A stretch of 64,000 nt of DNA, from assembly GCA_963767925.1 (NCBI GenBank), contig CAVYGB010000002.1, positions 672,001 to 736,000 on the forward strand, written 5' to 3'. The position numbers and the translations under genes are program-made. Within the stretch, counting starts at the first letter, position 1. Every line of letters begins with the position of its first letter. The notes under the pieces are model-generated. The model made no database searches and had not been told where the DNA came from. It saw only the letters and a list, made by a program, of their open reading frames with translations. Shown here one piece after another: positions 1-10,821 of this stretch. The DNA comes from an uncultured delta proteobacterium. Its GTDB lineage: Bacteria > Myxococcota_A > Polyangia > Fen-1088.

Positions 1-87
1 GTGAGCCCGGCGGTGCCGGCCTCGGCGCTGCGCAACCACCCCCGCACGAACCTCTACCTCGATCCCGCCGCGGCGGCCTTGTTATGA
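1..87 (+). CDS. nagB: Glucosamine-6-phosphate deaminase, C-terminal end (runs off window start)
   Basis: Frame 1 reads VSPAVPASALRNHPRTNLYLDPAAAALL*, typical of the NagB C-terminus (PAS.L..H....YLD..AA.LL); its TGA overlaps the nagA ATG (ATGA). Confidence 0.75.
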   Translation: MSPAVPASALRNHPRTNLYLDPAAAALL

Positions 88-1052
88 AGGTCGACTTCCC
101 GGGGCTGTTCGACCTGCAGGTCAACGGCTTTTCCGGGGTGGACTTCAACGACCCCGAGACGACCGCCGGCGATCTGCAGCTGGCCATCGCCGGTATGCGG
201 GCCACCGGGGTGACCCGCTTTCTGCCGACGCTGATCACCGGGCCGCTCGACCGCTTCCTCCGCTGCGCCCGCCGGCTGGCCGCCTGCCCGGATCCCGCGG
301 TGGCCGGCCTGCACATGGAGGGGCCCTACCTGGCGCCCGACGCCGCCGGGGCCCACCCGGACGCGCACCTGACCCTGCCCGACTTCGACGACTTCGCCCG
401 GCGCCAGGAGGCGGCGGGCGGGCGGATCGTGCTGGTGACCCTGGCCCCCGAGCTGCCCGGCGCCCTGCCCCTCATCGAGCGGCTCGTCGCGGCCGGGGTG
501 CGGGTGGCCATCGGGCACAGCGCCGCCGGGGGCAGCGCCATCGGCGACGCGGTCCGGGCGGGCGCCACCTTGTCGACCCACCTGGGCAACGCCTGCCCCC
601 TGCTGTTGCCCCGGCACCCGAACTTGCTGTGGGAGCAGCTCGCCGCCGACGGGCTGGTGGCCGGCCTGATCGTCGACGGGCACCACCTGCCTCCGGCGGT
701 GGTCAAGGTGATGGTGCGGGCCAAGTCGCTGGCCCGCACCGTGCTGGTCACCGACGCCACCGCCGCCGCCGGCCAGCGGCCCGGGCGCTTCCGCCTCGGC
801 GAGATCCCGGTCGAGCTGTCGGCGCAGGGGCGGGTCACCATCGTGGGCACCGATCGCCTGGCCGGATCGGCGCTGACCCTCGACGTGGCGCTGGCCAACA
901 CCGTGCGCTTCACCGGCTGTTCGCTGGCGGAGGTGCTGCCGCTGGCCTCGACCCAGGCGGCGGCGGCGGTGGGGCTGACCACCGCGGGGCGGGTGTTCGC
1001 CCGCCACGATCCCGACACCGGCGCGCTCGCCATAGAACGGGTGGAACCGTGA
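84..1052 (+). CDS. nagA: N-acetylglucosamine-6-phosphate deacetylase
   Basis: PGLFDLQVNG, G.TRFLPTLIT, GLHMEGPY, IGH, THLGN, DGHH, VTDA and LAGS motifs. Confidence 0.93.
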   Translation: MKVDFPGLFDLQVNGFSGVDFNDPETTAGDLQLAIAGMRATGVTRFLPTLITGPLDRFLRCARRLAACPDPAVAGLHMEGPYLAPDAAGAHPDAHLTLPDFDDFARRQEAAGGRIVLVTLAPELPGALPLIERLVAAGVRVAIGHSAAGGSAIGDAVRAGATLSTHLGNACPLLLPRHPNLLWEQLAADGLVAGLIVDGHHLPPAVVKVMVRAKSLARTVLVTDATAAAGQRPGRFRLGEIPVELSAQGRVTIVGTDRLAGSALTLDVALANTVRFTGCSLAEVLPLASTQAAAAVGLTTAGRVFARHDPDTGALAIERVEP

Positions 1053-2317
1053 ATCAAGCCCGACCCATCAAGAACCTCCGCTGGTACATCGCCATCCTGC
1101 TCTGTCTGTCGACCGAGCTGAACTACCTCGACCGGCAGACGCTGTCGGTCCTGGCGAGCACGATCCAGAAGGACCTGGGGCTCGACCGCGAGCAGTACTC
1201 CTACGTGACGTCGTCGTTCCTGGCGACCTACATGGTGATGTACGCGGTGGGCGGGCGCATCGTCGACTGGCTGGGGACCCGGCGGGGGTTGATGCTGTTC
1301 GCCACCGGCTGGTCGATCGCCAACATGTTGCACGCCCTGGCCCGCTCGCTGCCGCAGCTCGCGTTCTTCCGGGCCCTGCTGGGGGTGACCGAGGCGGCCA
1401 ACATCCCGGCAGGGGTCAAGGCGGTCAGCGAGTGGTTCCCCTTGAAGGAGCGGGCCCTGGCGGTCGGCATCTTCAACGCCGGCACGGCCATCGGCGGGGC
1501 GGCCGCCGTCCCCATCGTCACGACCATCACGCTGTACCTCGGCTGGCGGGCGGCCTTCGTCGTGACCGGCGCGCTGGGGCTGGTGTGGGTGGCCCTGTGG
1601 GCGGCGTTTTACCAGTCGCCCCTGCGCCACACCCGGCTGGGGCAGGCCGAGCGGGCCTTGATCCTGGCGGGCCAGACCGGGGAGGACGCGGGTGGGCCGC
1701 CCGTGTCGGTGCGGCGGCTGCTGGGGATGCGCGAGACCTGGGGCTGCATCCTGGCGCGCGTGCTCACCGATCCCATCTCTTACTTCCTCAACTTCTGGAT
1801 CCCGCAGTACCTGCAGGACGAGCGCGGGTTCACCCTCACCGATCTGCTCAAGTTCGGCTGGATCCCCTTCGCCGCCCTCGCCCTCGGCAACATCGCCGCC
1901 GGCGCCATCCCGCGGGCGCTGATCGGGCGGGGCTGGGAGCTGGACCGGGCCCGCAAGATGACCATGCTCGTCGTCTCCTGCGCCATGCCGGTGCTGTGCC
2001 TGTCGGTGACCCAGGTGCGCGACCCGGCGATGGCCCTGGCCCTGGTGGCGCTGGTGATGTTCGGTCACGCCGCCTGGGGCAACATCATCCTGCCGGCCGA
2101 GCTGTTCCCCGCCCGGGTGGTGGCCACCGTCTCGGGGCTGGGGGGCGCGCTCGGCGCCGCCGCCGGGGCCATCACCCAGCTCGGCGTGGGCAAGGTGGTG
2201 CAGGCCTTCTCCTTCAAGCCGGTGTTCGCCGTCTGCTCCGGCATGTACCTGCTGGGCCTCCTGTTCGTGGCCCTCCTCTGTCGCGACCTCGGCCGCATCC
2301 GCACCCTGCCGCGGTAG
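1049..2317 (+). CDS. MFS sugar-acid/hexuronate transporter (ExuT-like)
   Basis: GTGA overlap with nagA stop; LRW.IA.LL...LNYLDRQTLSVL, EWFP.KERALA.GIFN.G, multiple TM helices. Confidence 0.88.
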   Translation: MNQARPIKNLRWYIAILLCLSTELNYLDRQTLSVLASTIQKDLGLDREQYSYVTSSFLATYMVMYAVGGRIVDWLGTRRGLMLFATGWSIANMLHALARSLPQLAFFRALLGVTEAANIPAGVKAVSEWFPLKERALAVGIFNAGTAIGGAAAVPIVTTITLYLGWRAAFVVTGALGLVWVALWAAFYQSPLRHTRLGQAERALILAGQTGEDAGGPPVSVRRLLGMRETWGCILARVLTDPISYFLNFWIPQYLQDERGFTLTDLLKFGWIPFAALALGNIAAGAIPRALIGRGWELDRARKMTMLVVSCAMPVLCLSVTQVRDPAMALALVALVMFGHAAWGNIILPAELFPARVVATVSGLGGALGAAAGAITQLGVGKVVQAFSFKPVFAVCSGMYLLGLLFVALLCRDLGRIRTLPR

Positions 2318-2318
2318 C

Positions 2319-2489
2319 GCGCAGACCCCTCACCCCCCCGCTGCCGCGGGGCGAGGGAGAACGGGCGGCGGGGTGCGGAAGTTACGCGTGAAGCCGCCGA
2401 GCATCCGCTCGGAAGATGATCCAGGCACCTCGCCAATCGTTCGCCCTCGCCCCGCGGCGCGGGGAGAGGGAGGGGTGAGGGGTCTGCGC
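2319..2489. repeat. REPIN-like inverted pair of CCCCTCACCC..CTCTCCCC-type repeats between convergent genes
   Basis: GCGCAGACCCCTCACCC...GCGGGGCGAGGGAGAACG (2319-2362) is inverted at about 2438-2489; related copies at 47215-47392 and 52010-52130. Confidence 0.8.
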
Positions 2490-2524
2490 ACCAACCCGTC
2501 GGTGTTCTGGCTGCGAATCCGGGT

Positions 2525-3352
2525 TCACTCGGCGGTCTCTTCCCAGAACTGGCCCAGCAGGCCGACCGCCACCAGGCGGCGGTAGTGGGCGGTCGAGCGG
2601 AGGTCGTCGATGGGGGCGATCTCGGAGAGCAAGATCGCGGCGGCGTCGTCGAGGGGGGCCCCCGCGGCCAGCGCCGCCTCGGTGCGGGGGACCCGCAGGA
2701 CGGTGGGGCCGACGCTGCCGAGGGCGATGCGCGGTACCTTGTCGCGCACGCCCGCCAGGACGACCTTCGAGATGGCGTTGGCCGCCCGGGTGCCGACCTT
2801 GCGGAACCAGACCGGGCCGGGCAGGCGGGGCAGCTCGATGGCGTAGAGCAGCTCGTCGGGGGCCAGGCGGGTGCGGCGGTAGCCGGTGTAAAAGTCGGTG
2901 ATGGGGACGCGGCGGGAGCCGCTGGCGCTGGCCAGGACCAGGGTGGCCTCCGCCGCCATGAGGATGGGGACGGCATCGGCGGCGGGCGAGGCGTTGGCCA
3001 CGTTGCCGCCGAGGGTGGCCCGGTTCTGGATCTGGGCGCCGCCGATCAGGCGGGCCGCCTCGGACAGCACCTCGATGTGCCGGCGCACGAGGGGCGAGGT
3101 GGCGATCTCGGTGAAGGTCGACCCGGCCCCGATGATGAGCCCGCCGCCGGGGGCCCGGCGGATGCCGCGCAGCTCGCGCAGGCGCCACAGATCAATCAGC
3201 TCCGTGGCGGCGAGGGTGCCGGCGTTGAGCGCGACGTACAGATCAGTGCCTCCCGCCAGGGGGAGCAGCGGTCCCCCCTCGCGCAGCAGGGCCAGGGCGG
3301 CGGCCAGCGAGTCGGGCGCGTGCAGGCGCAGCCGCGAGAGCGCGGTCCTCAC
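2525..3352 (-). CDS. Xanthine dehydrogenase family FAD-binding subunit
   Basis: LAGGTDL, IGA..T..EI, IGG.QIQNRATLGGNVANASPAAD, PIDDLRSTA.YR; GTG start overlaps the upstream stop. Confidence 0.9.
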   Translation of the reverse strand: MRTALSRLRLHAPDSLAAALALLREGGPLLPLAGGTDLYVALNAGTLAATELIDLWRLRELRGIRRAPGGGLIIGAGSTFTEIATSPLVRRHIEVLSEAARLIGGAQIQNRATLGGNVANASPAADAVPILMAAEATLVLASASGSRRVPITDFYTGYRRTRLAPDELLYAIELPRLPGPVWFRKVGTRAANAISKVVLAGVRDKVPRIALGSVGPTVLRVPRTEAALAAGAPLDDAAAILLSEIAPIDDLRSTAHYRRLVAVGLLGQFWEETAE

Positions 3353-3782
3353 GCCGGGTGCCGCTTCTTGCTGCCGATGGCCTTCTGCACGGCCCGGTAG
3401 ATGGCGGTGTAGCCGGTGCAGCGGCACAGGTTCCCGGCCAGCGCCTCCTGGATCACCGGGAGCGAGGCGCCCCTGGGGATGGCCAGCGCGGCCAGGATCA
3501 TGCCCGGCGTGCAGATCCCACACTGGGCCGCCCCCTCCTCGGCGAAGCAGCGCTTGAGCGGGTGGTCGGAGGCCACCCCCTCGATTGTCGTCACCTTGCG
3601 CCCCTCGGCGTGGGCGAAGGGGACCAGGCAGCTCGCCACCGGCGCGCCGTCGATCAGCACGGTGCAGGCGCCGCACTCCCCCTCGCCGCAGCCCTCTTTC
3701 GTGCCGGTCAGGCGGCAGTCCTCGCGGAGCACGTCGAGCAGCCGCTTGAGCGGCGGCGCCTCCACGTCGACCCGGCGGCCGT

Positions 3783-3798
<16 letters not shown>
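3349..3798 (-). CDS. Xanthine dehydrogenase family (2Fe-2S) subunit
   Basis: TGTKEGCGEGECGACTV, QCGICTPG, GNLCRCTGY. Confidence 0.93.
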
Positions 3799-5894
<2,096 letters not shown>

Positions 5895-5944
5895 GCGGCT
5901 ATCCGGATTGTACTCCGCCCCTGCGCCTTTGTTGGAGGTCGGCT

Positions 5945-6865
5945 TCAGGCCGACACGTCGGTGATGAGGCGGCGCAACCAGGCGTGCGCCGGGTCGTGGT
6001 CGCGGCGGGCGTGCCAGAGCAGGTCGAGGTCGAAACGGGGCAGCGGCAGGGGAGGCGCCAGCAGCCGCACCGGGTAGTGGGCCGCGAGCTTGCGCAGCAG
6101 GCGCTCGGGCCCGGTGGTCACCAGGTCGGACTCGCTGACAACCAGGGGGACGACGAGGAAGCTGGAGACCCGCGCCGCGATCCGCCGGCGCAGCCCCCGC
6201 CGCTCGAGCTCGGTATCGACCATGCTGCCGGGCGAGCCCGTCGGCGCCACCATGAGGTGGTCGAGGGCGAGGAAGGTGGCCAGGGGGATCTGGCGGCGGC
6301 GGGCCGGCACCCGGGGGTGGTCGCGGCGGACCATGCTGAGAAAACCGTCCTGGACCAGCGGGCTTGTCGAGAAGCCGGCCGGCGGGGGCCGGCGGGGCAC
6401 CACCGCCAGGTCGGCCGCCCCGGAGTCGAGGACCTCGAGGCTGCTGGGGAAGGCCACCACCGACAGGTCGATGCCCGGCGCCTCGACGCGCAGGCGGGTC
6501 AGCAGGGGCCCCAGGCTCACCGCCTGGCTGTAGTCGGCCATGCTGACCGTGAACGACCGCTGGGTGGTGCGGGGATCGAAGGCCGGCTCGCCCGACAGGG
6601 TGCGGGCGAGATCTTCGAGGCCCCGGTCCAGCACGGGCAGCAGCGAGACCGCCCGGGGGGTGAGCTCGAGCCGGCGCCCGGCTCGCACCAGCAGGGGGTC
6701 GCCGTACAGCCCGCGCAGCCGGGCCAGCGCGTGGCTGGTCGCCGACTGGCTGAGCGAGAGGCGGGCGGCAGCCCGGGTGACGTTGCGCTCGGCCAGCAGG
6801 GCCTGCAGCGCCACCAGCAGGTTGAGGTCGACGGCGGGGAGGGCGTTGATATGCACGCCGTGCAC
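5945..6865 (-). CDS. LysR-family transcriptional regulator
   Basis: DLNLLV.L.ALL.ERNVTRAA.RL.LSQSA.SHAL.RLR HTH; C-terminal WH.R...DPAH.WLR; start approximate. Confidence 0.92.
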   Translation of the reverse strand: MHGVHINALPAVDLNLLVALQALLAERNVTRAAARLSLSQSATSHALARLRGLYGDPLLVRAGRRLELTPRAVSLLPVLDRGLEDLARTLSGEPAFDPRTTQRSFTVSMADYSQAVSLGPLLTRLRVEAPGIDLSVVAFPSSLEVLDSGAADLAVVPRRPPPAGFSTSPLVQDGFLSMVRRDHPRVPARRRQIPLATFLALDHLMVAPTGSPGSMVDTELERRGLRRRIAARVSSFLVVPLVVSESDLVTTGPERLLRKLAAHYPVRLLAPPLPLPRFDLDLLWHARRDHDPAHAWLRRLITDVSA

Positions 6866-6872
6866 TTTTAGT

Positions 6873-6887
6873 ATGGAGACAATGCAT
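6873..6887. promoter_or_regulatory. Putative LTTR box (ATG-N9-CAT, T-N11-A)
   Basis: ATGGAGACAATGCAT in the AT-richer spacer between the divergent LysR and NmrA genes. Confidence 0.55.
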
Positions 6888-6955
6888 TTGCCACATGCCC
6901 GGGCCGGGGGCATCATCGCAGGCGTCACCAACACGTTCTTCGAAGGAGGCCGATC

Positions 6956-7819
6956 ATGTTCGTCATCACGGGAGCCACGGGAAACACCGGTTCGATCGTC
7001 GCGCGCAAGCTGCTGGATGCAGGGCAGAAGGTCCGCCTGCTGGTGCGCGACCCGAAGAAGGTCGAGGCGTTGTCCGCGCGGGGCGCCGAGGTCCAGACCG
7101 GCGACCTGTGGGACCCGGCCGCATTGGGGCGCGCCCTGGCCGGGGCGAAGGGGCTGTACCTGCTGTCACCCCCCGACAACACCGCCACCGACTTCGTCCC
7201 CCAGCGCCGGGCCCAGCTCGAGGGCGTGACCCGGGTGGCCAAGGAGGCGCGGGTGGGACACGTCGTCCTGCTGTCCTCGATCGGCGCCCAGCACGCCCAG
7301 GGCACCGGCCCGGTGCAGACCCTGCACGCCGCCGAGGCCACCCTGCGGGCCAGCGGCTTGCCGGCCACCTTCGTGCGCGCCGCCTACTTCGTCGACAACT
7401 GGGCCGCCGTGGTCCCCGCCGCCCGCAAGGACGGCGTGTTACCCAGCTTCCTGGCCGCCACCCGGCCGATCCCGATGGTCTCCACCCGCGACATCGGCGC
7501 GGTCGCCGCCGAGGCCCTGCTCGAAGGCCCACGCGGCACCCGGGTGATCGAGCTCGCCGGCCCGACCGACCCCAGCCCCGCCGACGTGGCGAATGCGCTG
7601 GGCCGCCTGCTGGGCCGCCCGGTGACGGTGGCCGAGGCCCCGCTGGACGCGGTGGTGCCCGCCTTCAAGTCCTTCGGCTTCTCCGAGGGCGCGGCGGTCC
7701 TGTACCGCGGCCTCTACGAGGGCATCGGCAACGGCCAGATAGCCTGGGAAGCCCGCGCCACCGAGTCCCGCCGAGGCACCACCGACCTGGAGTCCGCCCT
7801 CCGCCCGTTCGTGGGGTGA
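6956..7819 (+). CDS. NmrA-like NAD(P)H-binding atypical SDR
   Basis: VITGATGNTG Rossmann motif, LSSIGA, DIG..AA; RBS GAAGGAGG. Confidence 0.88.
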   Translation: MFVITGATGNTGSIVARKLLDAGQKVRLLVRDPKKVEALSARGAEVQTGDLWDPAALGRALAGAKGLYLLSPPDNTATDFVPQRRAQLEGVTRVAKEARVGHVVLLSSIGAQHAQGTGPVQTLHAAEATLRASGLPATFVRAAYFVDNWAAVVPAARKDGVLPSFLAATRPIPMVSTRDIGAVAAEALLEGPRGTRVIELAGPTDPSPADVANALGRLLGRPVTVAEAPLDAVVPAFKSFGFSEGAAVLYRGLYEGIGNGQIAWEARATESRRGTTDLESALRPFVG

Positions 7820-7896
7820 GGGAGGGGGCCGGTGGGGGCCCTGGTTGGCCGGCGCCCTCGATCCTGCGACCGTGGCGTACGTGGTAACCCCTGACC

Positions 7897-8121
7897 ATGT
7901 CATTGAAGGCGCGGGTTCGAGGGGGGCGTCTCGTGGTGGACGAGCCGACCGACCTGCCGGAAGGGACCGAGGTCCCTCTCTTGCCGCTGGACCCGGGCGA
8001 TTGGCTCGATGACGAGGATCGCGCCGCACTACATCGTGCTCTGGAGGCGTCGGAAGAGGACGTGCGACGCGGCGACCTCTACGACGCGAACGAGGTACTC
8101 GCTGAGCTCCGTGCCCGGTGA
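7897..8121 (+). CDS. Small putative antitoxin
   Basis: 74 aa; LKARVRGGRLVVDEP.DLPEG N-terminus and acidic C-terminus; GTGA overlap with the ParE-like remnant. Confidence 0.65.
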   Translation: MSLKARVRGGRLVVDEPTDLPEGTEVPLLPLDPGDWLDDEDRAALHRALEASEEDVRRGDLYDANEVLAELRAR

Positions 8122-8240
8122 CCGTCCGCCGCGTTCGTTTTACCGGGACCGAGCGGCGCCAGTTTCATGAAGCAAGAGTGGTGGCGCGAGAACCGCACTC
8201 TTCCGGAAGGGCTCACAGAGGACCTGGCGTCCTGGAAAAC
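8118..8240 (+). pseudogene. RelE/ParE-family toxin remnant (frameshifted and truncated)
   Basis: VRRVRFT.T.RRQ, then in another frame EWWRENRTLPEGLTEDL (ParE-like WWRENR motif); similarity is lost after about 8235. Confidence 0.6.
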
Positions 8241-8464
8241 TTGGATGTCCAGCGCTTCCTGAAGACGGCAAGCCCGTCCCGGACGTCCCTCGTGGATGGC
8301 TTACGGATAGAGCGCCCGTCCTTCGGTGCGGACAGGTAACGAGCAGACTCTCCGCCACCCTCCGTCCTCCGCGGTAGATCTTTTTGACTACTCAAGACAT
8401 CCCTGATCTCAGAATAGTCGCTCCCATCTCGCCGGACCTCTTGAAGAGGACCAGGCAGCGTCCA

Positions 8465-8580
8465 GGGCCCCCGCGCCGGGGGTGAGGTTTTCGCGGATCA
8501 TGACGCCGGCTTTGGCGAGGGCGTTCGTGTCGAGGAGGGAGGCGACTCTCGTGGTGATGGTCACGTCGCCGATGACTCGG
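8465..8580 (-). pseudogene. Isolated fragment of a secreted beta-sandwich carbohydrate-binding-like domain
   Basis: GDVTITTRVASLLDTNALAKAGVMIRENLTPGA resembles the G D..ITARV.S...T..WAKAGVMIRE motif; no start or continuation. Confidence 0.5.
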
Positions 8581-8658
8581 CCTGGACCGCCCCTGAGAGC
8601 AGAGCGCCGGAATCGGGCGCGAGCCGCGGCGCGCTCGCGGCGCGGGGCGGCAGCCACC

Positions 8659-8688
8659 TTGATCCGCGGCCGTAAGACGCTATCTTAC
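8659..8688 (+). promoter_or_regulatory. sigma70-like promoter with palindromic operator for vapBC (probably leaderless)
   Basis: TTGATC-16 nt-TATCTT; perfect palindrome GTAAGA-cgcta-TCTTAC at 8672-8688; ATG 6 nt after the -10 with no SD. Confidence 0.65.
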
Positions 8689-8692
8689 CTCC

Positions 8693-8923
8693 ATGAGGAC
8701 CAGGGTCTCGAGCAAGGGGCAGATCGTCCTTCCAGCCGAGCTTCGACAGGAAGACCACATCGAACCCGGGGACGAGTTCGAGGTCGAACGGATCGAGCGC
8801 GGCGAATATCGGCTGGTTCGACGCTCGAGCGGTACAAACATCGGGCTCGTGGACTGGCTCCTTGCGTGTCCCGAGAAGGGATTTTTCGTCCCGATCGAGT
8901 CGGAGTCGACGGACACGCTGTGA
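8693..8923 (+). CDS. vapB: AbrB/MazE/SpoVT-family antitoxin
   Basis: MRTRVSSKGQIVLPAELR..HIEPGD. Confidence 0.88.
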   Translation: MRTRVSSKGQIVLPAELRQEDHIEPGDEFEVERIERGEYRLVRRSSGTNIGLVDWLLACPEKGFFVPIESESTDTL

Positions 8924-9333
8924 CCTACCTCGCCGACGCCAACGTGCTCTCCGAGCCAACCAAGCCGGATCCCAACCCCGGGGTGATCAAGTGGCTCAGG
9001 GAGAACGAACGCGAGCTCGTCGTCGACCCGTTCATCCTCGGCGAGATCAAGTTCGGTATCCTGCTCATTCCCGCAGGGAAGCGACGAAGCCGCTTGAACC
9101 GATGGTTCGACGAAGGTGTCGGGCGGATCCGATGCCTCGCCTGGGAGGCACCTGCCGGCCTGCGCTGGGCAGAGCTGCTCGCTGAGCTGCGTGCCCGAGG
9201 CCGGGCGATGCCCATCAAGGATAGCCTGATTGCGGCGACCGCCTTGACCCACGATCTGACGCTAGCCACCCGGAACGGACGCGATTTCGTCCGGGCCGGA
9301 GTGAACGTCATCAATCCGTTCTCTCTGGCCTGA
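8920..9333 (+). CDS. vapC: PIN-domain toxin
   Basis: YLADANVLSE, GEI..GI, DSLIAATA..HDL.LATRN.RDF; GTGA coupling to the antitoxin. Confidence 0.92.
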   Translation: MTYLADANVLSEPTKPDPNPGVIKWLRENERELVVDPFILGEIKFGILLIPAGKRRSRLNRWFDEGVGRIRCLAWEAPAGLRWAELLAELRARGRAMPIKDSLIAATALTHDLTLATRNGRDFVRAGVNVINPFSLA

Positions 9334-9334
9334 T

Positions 9335-9380
9335 CGGGCCCGAGCGAAGCGAAGGAACCCGACTACTTCGAGAAACAGTC
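9335..9380. repeat. Dispersed ~46 bp repeat, copy 1 (possible MITE/IS end)
   Basis: CGGGCCCGAGCGAAGCGAAGGAACCCGACTACTTCGAGAAACAGTC; near-identical copy at 43204-43248. Confidence 0.75.
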
Positions 9381-9516
9381 CCGAGCCGGCAAGCCCGCGA
9401 ACCACCGTCGACTTCGAAAATCATCGCCGGCCGGATCGGCCGCGGAAGGCGGACCGTTCTTCACTGTGCCGCCGTTCCGTCGGGCCGACGCGTCCGGTGG
9501 GAGAGAGGGCCGCTGC

Positions 9517-10821
9517 TTACGCCACCAGCTCGGGCAGCGTTCCGGCGTAGGCCGCGGCGCCGACGCCGCTGACCTGCATGCCCATGGCGTTGCACAACGT
9601 CGCCAGCAGCTTGTTGTGGGCGACCTTGGAGTATTTGACGACCTGGTTGGTCTTCAGATAGCCACCGCAGCTCCCGGTGAGCGTGACCGGGATGCGGCCG
9701 TTGTAGTGGTTGGCGCCGTCGTCCATGTCGCTGAAGGTGGCGATCACGCTGTTGTCGAGCGCGGTCACGCCCCCCTCGGGCGTCTCGTCGAGCTGCTTGG
9801 CCAGGTTGGCGACGTTGGAATAGATCCAGCTGTCGATCTTGATCTTGGCCGCCGCCTGCCCGGAGCCGCCGTGGGCCACCGCGTGGTAGTCCCTGTTGAC
9901 GCCGAGGAAGGGGAAGGAGTTGCCGTCCCCGCCGCCATCGTCGTACATCGTGATGGTCACCACCCGGGTGACGTCACACTTCAGGGCGACCGCCGCGATG
10001 TCGAACATCGCCTTGGCCTTGGCGTCGGTGCCGCCGCCGCCGGCGATGGTCGGGCCCATGCAGTTGGCCGCGCTGGCCCCGATGCTGCCGGCGTTGTTGA
10101 GCCGCAGCTCCAGCTCGCGCACCGACTGCTGGTGCGCCTCGAGCTTGAACCGGTCGTCGGCCCCCAGGCGCCGGCCGAAGGCGGCCAGCTCCTTGTTGAC
10201 GAAGTCGAGGATGCTCTTTTGCCGCTGGCGGGTCTGGTCGATCTGGGCGGGCGGCATGGCCGCGCCGCTGAACACCCGGCCGAACAGACGCATGGGGTCG
10301 AGCTCCATCTTGTTCTCGACCCGGGCCGACTTCCAGGACGTCGAGCAGCCGTCGCCGACCGACTGGATCCCCAGGGTCAGCAGCGGCGCCTTGAGGGGCG
10401 TCGTCTTGGCGATGTGGTCCGCCATCATCTGGTCGATGGAGGGCCCCAGCGCTACCCGGGACTCCGACCTCTTCTCCCGCGTGCCGGTGAGGGTCGCGCA
10501 GTAGGTGAAGTGGCCGTCGTAGTCGTAGCCGTCGTCGAGGATGTGTTTGTAGTCGAGCCCGGTCGGCATGATCATCTTGGCCTTGAACGGCGCCAAGCTG
10601 GCCAGGGTGGGCCCCAGCTCGAGCGTCGTGCCCGCCGGGTAGAAGGAGCTGGCGATGACCCCGTTGCCGTGGGTGACCGCCACGAAGCGCTTGGGGAAGC
10701 CGCCGGGCATCGTCTGGCCGAGCGCCCGCTCCGTGTGCAGCAGGGGCACCATGGCCGCGCTCACCCCCAGCGTCTTGAGGATCGCGCGCCGCGAATAACG
10801 GTCTTTGTTGATCGGGTTCAT
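9517..10821 (-). CDS. DUF1552 family protein (Tat-like N-terminus)
   Basis: SRRAILK.LG, PKRF......NG, SIDQ, ALKCD.TRV, LDNS, N.LL.T...AMG. Confidence 0.85.
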   Translation of the reverse strand: MNPINKDRYSRRAILKTLGVSAAMVPLLHTERALGQTMPGGFPKRFVAVTHGNGVIASSFYPAGTTLELGPTLASLAPFKAKMIMPTGLDYKHILDDGYDYDGHFTYCATLTGTREKRSESRVALGPSIDQMMADHIAKTTPLKAPLLTLGIQSVGDGCSTSWKSARVENKMELDPMRLFGRVFSGAAMPPAQIDQTRQRQKSILDFVNKELAAFGRRLGADDRFKLEAHQQSVRELELRLNNAGSIGASAANCMGPTIAGGGGTDAKAKAMFDIAAVALKCDVTRVVTITMYDDGGGDGNSFPFLGVNRDYHAVAHGGSGQAAAKIKIDSWIYSNVANLAKQLDETPEGGVTALDNSVIATFSDMDDGANHYNGRIPVTLTGSCGGYLKTNQVVKYSKVAHNKLLATLCNAMGMQVSGVGAAAYAGTLPELVA

